DNA of 64,000 nt from Sphyrna mokarran. Lineage: Eukaryota. The translations under genes were made by a program, and so were the position numbers. Shown here piece after piece: positions 12,328 to 22,548 of the stretch. The stretch's first letter is position 1. Every line of letters begins with the position of its first letter. The DNA lies in the NCBI GenBank assembly GCA_024679065.1, contig JAGIQG010000007.1:37820001-37884000 (forward strand), written 5' to 3'. The notes beneath the pieces are model-generated. The model saw only the letters and a list, made by a program, of their open reading frames with translations, was not told the origin of the DNA and made no database searches.

Positions 12328-13720
12328 TCAGAGACTCACAACCCTTTGAGACAAAAACGTTCTCCTCATGTCTGTCTTAAATGAATGAACCTTTATTTTT
12401 GAAAAGTGACCCTTTGTTCTAGATTTTCCCACAAGAGGAAACATCCTCTTCACTTCCATCCTTTCAGTACCTCTTAGGATCTTAAAGGTTTTGATCAAGC
12501 TGCCTCTTATTCTCACTAAACTCTAGTGGATACAAATCAAACTGATCCTCAGAAGACAATCCATTGTTTCTTGAAATTAATCTAGTAGATCTTTTCTGAA
12601 CTTCTAATGCATTTATATCTTTCTGAAATAAAAAGACCAATATTGTACTCGATACTCCAGATGCAGTCTCACCAATGCCCTGAACAAAATGAAGTATAAC
12701 TCTACTTTTGCAATCAATTTCCCTCACAAACCATAACATTCAATTAACTTTTCTAATTACTTGGAACTCTGCAACCTCTCACCAATTGGAGAATAAACTT
12801 TTTTATTCTTCCTGCCAAAATGGAAAATTTCACATTTATCCATGATGTACTTCATTTGCCAGACTTTTGCTCAATCACTTAACCTATCTATACCGTTTTA
12901 TAGCTTCTTCTTAATTTACTTTCCTACTTATCTTTATGGTGTTAGCAAATTTAGCAACACTACCTTCAGTCTGTTCATCCAGGTCATTTATATAAATTGT
13001 GAAAAGTTAAACCCCTTATGGCACACCACTCATCATACCTGCCAGCTAGAGGAAGATCCATTTTTGCCAACTCTGTTCGGGTTAGCTAGGCAGTTTTTAG
13101 TCCATGCTAGTATATTACCTCTTGCACTTTGAGTTTTTATTTTATGACATAACCTTTGATGTGACGCCTTACCATATGCCATCTATAAATCCAAGTACGG
13201 TGCATCCACAGCACATGTGACTCCTTCAATAAAAGTTGAACATGATTTCCCTTTCGTCATGTTGACTTTGCATGATCACTTGAATTTTTCCAAGTGTCTT
13301 GCTATAACACCTTTAATGGTGACTTCTAAAAATTTTCCCTATTGCAGGATGAGCTTCCTGTCTGTCTGTCCCTTTTTGAACAAGGGAGTTACATTTGCTA
13401 TTTTTCAATCTAATGGAGCCTTCCCTGAATCCAGGGAATTTAGGAAAATTAAAACCAATGCATCAGCTATCTCATTAGGCACTTCTTTCAAGACCTTATG
13501 GTGATGTCTCTCTGGACCAGGGGATTCTCAGGTCCAACAATTTGCTTAATGCCATTTACCTGGTGATTGTAATTTTCCTGAGTTCCTCCTCCCTTCCATT
13601 TCCTGATTTACAGCTATCTCTGGGATATTATGGGTGATCTCTATAAACAAATGTAAAATATCTCTATTAATTCCACCATAGCTTTTTTTTCATTACCAAT
13701 TCCCCAAACTTCTCTGAGCT
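12328..13720 (-). mobile_element. CR1 fragment
   Basis: ORFs 12328-12516 and 12482-12739 carry CR1 ORF2 C-terminal motifs. Confidence 0.85.
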
Positions 13721-13739
13721 CATACATTCAAAATTAAGC

Positions 13740-13870
13740 TTCTTTGACAATACAGCATTCCCTCAGTACTACACTGGAGCGTTGGCTGAGATTATGCTCT
13801 CAAGCCTCTGGAATGGGACTGAATAAAAAGCTTTCTGTCTTGAATGTGTGCATGCCAGCATTGAGCCACA
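13740..13870 (-). mobile_element. Ancient SINE head (SacSINE/Deu-SINE-like); its 3' part probably lies at about 11590-11820
   Basis: The reverse complement reads tgtggctcaatg...cccattccagaggcttgagagcataatctcagccaacgctccagtgtagtactgagggaatgctg; family name from recollection. Confidence 0.5.
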
Positions 13871-14919
13871 GATGATGATGGGTCTGCCCTCTAGGAGGGA
13901 AAGAGAGTGTACATTGATTCAGGCGTTACCAGGCATGAGGGGTTGCAGTTGCCAAGAGAGAGTGGAAAAACTACAGCTATAGAAGATAAGGACGACCATA
14001 TAATAATCTTCAACATTTTAAAGTCTTTAAGATTATGATACAGATTGTTTCCATTGATTAGTAAGACATTAGTGAGAGAGCATAATTTTAGATTCATCAG
14101 AAAGAATTAAAGGGGAAGTTAGAAAAATGCTTCAGATAGGCATTGATTAAAATATATAATTATCTGCCACAAATAACTGCTGAAGCAGACTATAATTTTT
14201 TAAAAAGGGAACTTGATTGTTGTCTGAAAAGGAGTATTATATACTGACGGATGTGGGGATTGAGAAAAGTGGGATTAATCGACATTGGATATTATAGGTT
14301 CAGGGATGCGTGTAGGAAAGTAGGATTAGACTGGATAGTAGCGAGTGGGGAATGAGGAAAAATAGGATGAGACCCAGACGTTGATGGGAGATAGCTGCAG
14401 CATGAACTTGATATATAAGTGCTTGTTTCTATCCTGCCATAATTTCTAGGGTTTTATGAGCTGTTTATTATAAGTAATAAGCCTTTTGTACAAAATCATA
14501 ATGAGGAAAACAACCTGAATTATTTCTCAAAGCACTGAGTTGAAAAGTATGTGCAGATCATTGCAGGAAATGATTGTGTTGGCAACCAACTAAAGTTATT
14601 CTTTGGGTACAAGGAGAAAATATACAAAAGTGATAAAATCACAAATATGCCTTTGTGTAACAGGTCCATTATATTTCCAAACAATGCTTTGAGGACTTGA
14701 AGGATTTAGACTTGAGGACATTGCTTTATATCAGTAAAATAAAGCTTGTATTTCCTGATGCCTGTCTGGGTCAGTTAACTCAATATGCAATGGGTCTAAA
14801 CAAACCAAGGAGGATTGGCTGATCTCAGTAGAAATGCTAAAACTTGCATCCATGCTGTTTGTTAGGGAGAGAGGTGTTAATGCTTCTGATGATGATGATA
14901 ATGAACCTTGCACTAAAAT

Positions 14920-15138
14920 AAAGGCAAAATACTGCAGATTCTGAAAATCTGAAATGAAAACAAAAAATGCTGGAAAAACTGAAGTCCAGCAGCATCTGTG
15001 GAGAGACAGTTAATGTTTTGAGTCCATGTGATTCTTTTTCAGAGCTCTGAAGAAGAATCATTTGGACTTGAAACATTAACATTGTTTCTCTCTCTCCCCA
15101 GATGCTGAAAGATCTCAACTTTTCCAACATTTTTTTTA
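14920..15138. mobile_element. Palindromic Penelope-type element with a degenerate hammerhead-like core
   Basis: Inverted arms are centred on ttcagagctctgaa (about 15044); CTGAAGA at 15047 and GAAA at 15070. Confidence 0.65.
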
Positions 15139-15344
15139 CTTATAATGGGTCCTATGCTGTAGTCTTTGGAAATCATTGATCAGCTTTACTTGTGAACAAT
15201 AGGCATTTTTGAGTGTTGCCATTTGGGTGTGTGAGAAATGACAGCAGCTGGAGCAACTTGAGGTCTGGCTTTCAGAGCTTAAACAGCAGGTCACTACTGT
15301 ATCTGCAAGGCTGAGAGTTCTGTGGATAGCACATTTATGGAGAA

Positions 15345-15630
15345 CCCGTAGAATCCATACATTGCAGAAAGAGGCCCATCAAGTTTGCACCCATTCAAAG
15401 GCACCCCACCTAGGCCTTCCCAATCCACCTTTTCCCGTACCCTCTACATTTCTCATTGCCAATCCACATAATCTGCACATCTTTTGCACTGTGGCAGGAT
15501 ACTGGAGCACCTGCGGAAAATCCACACAGACATGGGGACAATGTACAAACTTCACACGGTCATCCAAGGCCAGAATTAAATCTGGGTCCCGAGTGCTGTG
15601 AGATGGTAGTGCTAACCACTGCACCACTAT
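15345..15630 (-). mobile_element. tRNA-derived SINE
   Basis: Homologous to 7125-7440. Confidence 0.75.
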
Positions 15631-15966
15631 GTCACAACCAGCATATCTATACAAAGTTCAAAGGAGCAGTGAAAATGAGAGACACAAAGAGAAAATGGCA
15701 ACTAACAAAGAGAAATCCACATGTCATGTATAGGTATATAAATAGTAAAATGGTGGGGTGAATTTGGACATATTATTAATGATGAGGAATGGGAAGTCTG
15801 GCCAGTTTGTCATTTTCCTCTCCAGGCAGAAGTGTTGAATCTCATTGTATATTGCTCATTACCATTATACATCGAGCTGCTCATATCTGATGTATTTTTT
15901 GTACAATAATCCTGTTCAGTTGTCCAGATTTTAATGAAGCAAAATTCCCCTTTTGACAATCTGCAG

Positions 15967-16074
15967 AAGAGCTGTCTTTTGAAGAAACAAGCAACTTGGA
16001 ATTGACCTCACTTCCTTCTGAAGGGATGGCTCCTCCACAAGAGCAAATGCTTGATTCCTCGTGGCAAGCCACAG
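15967..16074 (+). CDS. MAP4: Internal coding exon, 108 nt, phase 1-1 (EELSFEETSNLELTSLPSEGMAPPQEQMLDSSWQAT)
   Basis: Acceptor ccccttttgacaatctgcag|AA and donor ACAG|gtatag; open acidic, Ser/Pro-rich frame. Confidence 0.72.
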
Positions 16075-16882
16075 GTATAGAGCGGCAAAAATTAGAGTGA
16101 ACTTTGTGTATTTGACTTGCTACACCAGAACTTGATACCTAGCTTATCTGAATATTCATCAGAGTTCTTTGATTTATTCAGTTCTTGAAAAACTCAGTTT
16201 TTTCATTTTTCAACACTAGTTAAACAAGCAGCTGCCATCTCTTAACTTTGAAGCCTTTTCCTTGACTTTCTTCCTATATTATGTTTAATCTAGTCATCTT
16301 GTCTTGCCTCAAATGAAACTACTACATCATCTTCATTCTTGAATTGTCTCTACAAAATATTATGTTTTCTCTTTCAATGGAAAAGTTTAGTTTCTTGTTA
16401 ACGTTTAGTATTCTTTAACCCAAATCTGTCATAACTTCTAATGCTGCTTCCTTATCTTAAGAGTTTCTTCTTGCAACTATCTTGCACAACTGGAAAACAG
16501 ACGGGGGAAATCCTTCTCAATAAGATGATCTGTCTTACTTTTAGCCTCCAAGCTATTTCCTGCTCCTTTTGCAACCTTGTTTTTCTTTCTGCCATTTTCT
16601 ATACTCTGCATCTCTACACACGTATACTAACATCCAGTAAGGTTGTTGGATAGTGGTTGCAAATGGGAATATTGACTTTAAAATTTAAAAAAAAAGTCAC
16701 CTTTTGAAGCTGGAGCAACTAATGCCCAACTTTGGCTAGATTACATCCACACAGCACAGTGCAAGAATTGAACCTGGAATATCTGATCTACACTGCTTGG
16801 CATCTTCCAGTCGTATTCAAAATATCGTTCTTGTATAGTTGTGTTTTCTTTCAACTTGCAAACCTTTATTGTACTTGTGCAG

Positions 16883-16993
16883 ATTCCATGGCTTCAGTCA
16901 CAGCACCATTAGCATTTGAAGAAGATCTTTGGCCTAATCAGGAGGAAGTAACAATAAGCAGCACCACACTTTCGCCAACAGAACAAGAATCGA
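16883..16993 (+). CDS. MAP4: Internal coding exon, 111 nt, phase 1-1 (DSMASVTAPLAFEEDLWPNQEEVTISSTTLSPTEQES)
   Basis: Acceptor tttattgtacttgtgcag|AT and donor TCGA|gtaggt; this is the 3' part of ORF 16732-17001; acidic composition. Confidence 0.72.
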
Positions 16994-17619
16994 GTAGGTA
17001 GAATGAAATTGCAGCAACTGCACACAAATTGCTGACATCTTTTTCTGAATCATTACTTGTTTTGTGGCTACAACTTCTGGATGCTTTTGAAATGGCTCAG
17101 ATTTCCAATAATTGAAGACTATGAATTACATGATGTAGCTAAGAGTTTCAGTGATATGTGGAACTGGAGCGTATAGATCATGAAAGTCACTGATCTCTGT
17201 GCTTTGATTTCTGCTGTGGTGCTGCAATTGTATTCTGCATTTCAGTGCTAAGGAAAGATGAGATTAATGTTCCTTCGGCTCATCAAATGACTCCTAATGT
17301 CAAAAAGATATTGTGGACTTTGGGTCAAGATGAGATTAAGTATTGCTGTGACTTCGCTTCACTTGATAATAGCCTGGATACAAATTTAAAAAGAAATCAA
17401 ATTGCTGTTGATGTCAAACAAGCACTGATTGTGGTGTCAATGAATTGGGCTATTAACTTTAAAATCCTCAGTGCATGAGTGAGGAGAGGAGGTTGAGAGA
17501 AATTATTTCTGTACAGGATAGTTGGATCATGGAATATTTCGAAATAGATAGCGACAGGTTCAAGGCAAAGGCTGTTGTACACTTTTATAGTGATAACTCT
17601 CTGCTGATTGGAGTCATAC

Positions 17620-18705
17620 TTGGCACAATCGAAGATGGTTACAGATCAATCATCTCCATTCTAGAATTACACTGCAGGAGTTCCTCAGTGTAGTGTTCTA
17701 GGCCCAAACATCATCAACTGCTTCATCAATGACCTTCCTTCCATCATGAAGTCAGAAGTGAAGATGTTTGCTGCAATGCTCACCATTTGAGGTGATTCAG
17801 TACTGAAGCAGGCGGTGTCCAAATGCATCAAGAGTTGGACAATATCCAGGCTTGGCTGAGAAGCAGCAAGTAGCATACTGCACAAGTACCAGGCAATGAC
17901 CATATTCAAAAAGGGAGAAAGTAATCATCTGCCCTCGACACATAATGGCACTGCTATCACTGAATTCCCTGTGTGTCAAGTCCTGTGACTTACCATTTAA
18001 CCAAAAGCCAAACTTGACCAGCCATTTAAATTCTATGACCACAAGAACATGTCAAAGGCTAGGAATCCAGCAATGAATAGCTCACTTTCTGACTCCTCAA
18101 AGCCTGTCCACCATTTAAAAAGCAAAGTCAGGAGTGATGGAGTACTCTTCTCTTGCCTGGATGAGTGCAGCTTCAACATCACTCCAGAGTTTTGACACTA
18201 TCCAGCCCACTTCATTGCTACCCCTTTCACAAATATGCACTTTCTCCCTTCACCATTGACAAACAATGGCAGCCGTGCGTACTATCTATAAGATGCAGTG
18301 CAGGATCTCAACAACATTCCTTAGGCAGCAGTTTCCAAATTCGCAACCACAGCAGCACAGTAGTTAGCACTGCTGTCTCACAGCTGCAGGAACCAGAGTT
18401 CAGTTCCTGCCTTGGTTCACTGTCAGTGTGGAGTCTACACATTTTCCACGTGTCTGCATGGGTTTCCTCTGGTTTCCTCCCACAGTCCGAAAGCTGTGCT
18501 GGTTAAGTGCATTGGCCATGCTAAATTCTTGGAAATATATCACCTTTCCTTCACTAACACAGCCAAAATTCTGGAATGTTGTCTCCCTAACAGTATGTGG
18601 ATGTACCTCTGTCAAAAAGGCAGTTCACCATCATCTTTGGTCAATTGGGAATGGGCAATAAATGCTGGTCCAGCCGGTGTTGCCCACTTCCCTAAAAGAA
18701 TAAAA
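17620..18705 (+). mobile_element. Old LINE 3' fragment with a + strand SINE nested at about 18350-18525
   Basis: RT-like CFINDLPS motif at about 17720; tail gggcaataaatgctggtcc; SINE head gttagcactgctgtctcacagc. Confidence 0.7.
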
Positions 18706-18864
18706 TAAAGGTGAATAGAATAGTGAAATAAAAACAAATACTATGGATGTTGGAAATCTGAAATGAAAACAACATGCTGGAAATACTATAGAGAGAGAGA
18801 ATCATGATTAATCTTTAGACTCAAATATGACTTCTTATGAACTGAACAAGAATACAAATGTAAT

Positions 18865-21800
18865 GAAAGGGGGAAAGGAAATTGTGATGCAATTAGGTGA
18901 GATTTAGGATGCATAGAATATGGAAGGAAACTGCAGGGGATAGGCACAATTGAAATGTGGAGCTTGTTCAAGGAGCAGCTACTGCATGTTCTTGCTAAGT
19001 ACGTACCTGTCAGGCAAGGAGGAAGTGGTTGAGCGAGGAAACATGGTTTACTAAAGAAGTTGAATTGCTTGTGAAGAGGGAGAAGGAGACTTGTGTCAAA
19101 ATGAGACATGAAGGCTCAGTTAGGGTGCTTGAGAGTTACAAATTAGCCAGAAGGATCTAAAGAGAGAGTTGAGAAGAGCTGGGAGGGGTTATGAGAAATC
19201 TTTGGCAGGTAAGATCAAGGAAAACCCTAAAGCTTTCTGTAGGTATGTCAGAAATAAAAGAATGACAAGGGTAAGATTAGGACCAGTCAAGGACAGTGAT
19301 GGGAAGTTGTGCATGGTGTCCGAAGAGATAGGAGAGGTGCTAAATGAATATTTTTCGTCAATATTTGCGCAGGAAAAAGACAGTGTTGCCAAGGAGAATA
19401 CTGAGATACAGGCTATTAGACTGGATGGGATTGAGGTTCATGAGGAGATATGAGCAATTCTGGAAAGTGTGAAAATAGATAAGTCCGCTGGCTGGATGGG
19501 ATTTATCTTAGGATTCTCTGGGAAGGTAGGGAGGAGATTGCAGAGCCTTTGGCTTTGATCTTTGTCATAATTGTCTACAGGAAAAGCGCCAGAAGACTGG
19601 AGAATAGCAAATGTTGTCCCTGATTCAAGAAGGGCAGTAGAGACAACCCTGGTGATTATAGACCGGTTGTGGGCACAGTCTTGAAAAAGATTATAAGAGA
19701 GAGAATTTATAATCATCTAGAAAGGAATAATTTGATTAGGGATAGTCAACACAGTTTTGTGAAAGGTAGGTTGTGCCTCACAAACCTTATTGAGTTCTAT
19801 GAGAAGGTGATCAAAGAAGTGGATGAGGGTAAAGCAATTGATGTGGTGTTTATGGATTTCAATAAAGCATTTCATTAGGTTCCCCCAGTAGGCCATTGCA
19901 GAAAATACGGGGGCATAGGATTGAGGATGATTTTGAGATTTGGATCAGAAGTTGACTAGCTGTAATAAGACAGAGGGTGGTGGTTGATGGGAAAGGTTTA
20001 TCCTGGAGTTCAGTTACTAATGGTATACGGCAAGGATCTGTTTTGGGGCCACTGCTGTTTGTCATTTTTATAAATGACCTGGATGAGGGCGTTGCTAAAT
20101 TTGCGGATGACACTAAAGTCAGTAGAGTTGTGACAGTGCAGAAGGATGTTGCAGGTTACGGAGGGAGATAGATAGGCTGCAGAGCTGGGCTAAGAGATGG
20201 CAAATGGAGTTTAATGTGGGAAAATATGAAGTGATTCACTTTGGAAGGAGTAACAGGAATAGTGTATACTGGGCTAATGGTAAAATACTTGGTAATGTGG
20301 ATGAGAAATTTCGGTGTCCATGTGCATGGTTCGCCTGAAAGTTGGCACGCAGGTTGATAGGGTGTTAAGAAGGCGTAGAGTGTATTAGCTTTTATTGGTA
20401 AAGGGATTGCATTTCAGAGCCATTAGGCCATGTTGCAGCTGGTCTGTTGCGGCATGACTCTGGTGCAGACGCACTTGGAGTATTGTGAATAGTTCTGGTC
20501 GCCGCATTACAGGAAGGATGTGGAAGCATTGGAAAGGGTGCAGAGGAGATTTTCCAGGATGTTCTTTGGTATGGTGGGAAGGTCTTATGAGGAAAGGTTG
20601 AGGGACTTGAGACTGTTTTCGTTAGAAGAAGGTTAATCGATGACTTAATAGAAGAATATAAGATGATCAGAGGATTAGATAAGGTGGACAGTAAGAGTCT
20701 TTTTTCTCAGATGGTGATGGCTAGCACAAGAGGACATAGCTTTAAATTGAAGGGTGATAGATATAGGACAGATGTCAAAGGTAGGTTCTTTACTCAGAAT
20801 AGTAAGGGTGTGGAATGCCCTGCCTGCAACAGTAATGGACTCACCAATATTAAGGTCATTTAAATGGTGATTGGATAAACATAAGAATGATATTGGAATA
20901 ATGTAGGTTAGATGGGCTTTGGATTTGTTTGACAGGTTGACGCAACATCACTGTTTGTAATTTTTATAAATGATCTGGATGAGGGTATTGAGGGATGGAT
21001 CAGTAAATTTGCAGATGACACTAAAGTCGGTGGAGTGGTAGATAGTGAAGAGGGGTGTTATAGTTTACAGAGTGACTTGGACAAGTTGCAGAGCTGGGCC
21101 GAGAGGTGGCAAATGGAGTTTAATGTGGAAAAGTGTGAGGTAATGCACTTTGGCAGGAACAATAAATGTGTAGAGTATAGGGCTAATGGTAGGGCTCTTA
21201 ATAGTGTTGAGGAACAGAAGGATCTTGGTGTATGTGTCAATAGATCCCTGAAAGTAGGCAGTCAAGTGGATAAAGTTGTTAAGAAGGCATATGGAGTCTT
21301 AGCTTTTATTGGTAGGGGGATTGAATTTAGGAGCCGCAGCATCATGTTGCAACTGTACAAAACTCTAGTGCGGCCGCACTTGGAGTATTGTGTGCAGTTC
21401 TGGTCGCCACATTATAAGAAAGATGTGGAGGCATTGGAGAGGGTACAGAGGAGGTTTACCAGGATGTTGCCTGGTATGGAGGGCAGGTCCTATGAAGAGA
21501 GGTTGAAGGATTTGAGGTTGTTTTCGTTAGAAAGGAGGCGGCTAAGAGGGGATCTTATTGAAGCATATAAGATGATTAGAGGTTTAGATAGGGTGGACAG
21601 TGATAGCCTTTTTCCTAGGATGGAGAAAGCTAGCACGAGGGGACACAGCTTTAAATTAAGGGGTATGAGTTATAGGACGGATATCAGAGGTAGGTTCTTT
21701 ACTCAAAGAGTGATTAGGGAGTGGAATGCCCTGCCTGCAGCTGTTGTAGATGCGCCAAGTTTGGTGGCGTTTAAGAGGTTAGTTGATAAGTATATGGAAG

Positions 21801-21955
21801 AGAAGGGAATGGTTTAGTTTGGAGGGGCATTGCTTTTTATTTTGGTCGGCACAACATCGAAGGCCGAAGGGCCTGTTCTGTGCTGTAATGTTCTATGTTC
21901 TATGCTCTAACATCGAGGGCCAAAGGGTATGTACTGCGCTGTTATGTTCTATGAG
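18865..21955 (+). mobile_element. Decayed CR1 LINE (about 2.1 kb) whose 3' UTR is split by a younger CR1
   Basis: ORF2 motifs [17 protein letters not shown] and KFADDTK; the 3' UTR resumes at 21909. Confidence 0.9.
20950..21908 (+). mobile_element. Young 5'-truncated CR1 LINE with open ORF2 C-terminus and AACATC target-site duplication
   Basis: 260-aa ORF 21035-21817; AACATC at 20944-20949 and 21909-21914. Confidence 0.95.
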
Positions 21956-22428
21956 CTATTTGCCCTTGAAAATAGGGATAGGGGAGGAAGAACAAGTGAA
22001 GTTCTAGAATAGATTGCGGAAGAGATCTAATAGTAAAGATATGATGGAACAAAAGGGAAAAGGAATGGTAATGGTTCTCGGAAATAGACAAAGTGTTCGC
22101 CCATGTGAGTGTGAATGCAGGAATAATGAATAGCTGCACCCAAAAGCAGAGCATGAATCTCGTCATGAAAGACAAGATTCAAACTGGTACATAGCAAAAA
22201 AAGATTCAAAATTGAGGGGTAGGGTTCATTGCCTGAAGTTGAGCAACTTGGATTAGCTTTGGATTGCTCTAAGAAAGTGTAAACATAATGGGCTGAATGG
22301 CTTCCAATTCTATAAACGTCTATATTTTTAATGCAAAGTTGGTGATGACATCACTAACTAATTTGGTGTTTGCAGTCAGAAATGGTTCTTTAAGATTGTT
22401 TTTTGTAAATCTGCAATCCCGTTTGTAG

Positions 22429-22548
22429 TTACAGAACCTACAGGAAATATGATGGCTGAGGTAAAGCCATGGGAAAAAGAGGAAGTGGGGCCTGATTTAC
22501 CATTGACACCAGCTCAGGAGCACATACAGACTATACAGGATGTAACAG
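22429..22548 (+). CDS. MAP4: Internal coding exon, 120 nt, phase 1-1 (ITEPTGNMMAEVKPWEKEEVGPDLPLTPAQEHIQTIQDVT)
   Basis: Acceptor atcccgtttgtag|TT (an in-frame alternative ttacag|AA sits at 22435), strong donor ACAG|gtaagc, and an upstream CACTAAC branch-point/QKI-like motif at about 22352. Confidence 0.75.

Noticed and set aside
15928-15966. Upstream acceptor tgtccag|AT for the 108-nt exon
   Set aside because: It introduces an in-frame TGA.
21035-21817. RT-like ORFs (also 9237-9788 and 39386-41030) as host genes or active elements
   Set aside because: They are 5'-truncated CR1 copies lacking the endonuclease and ORF1.
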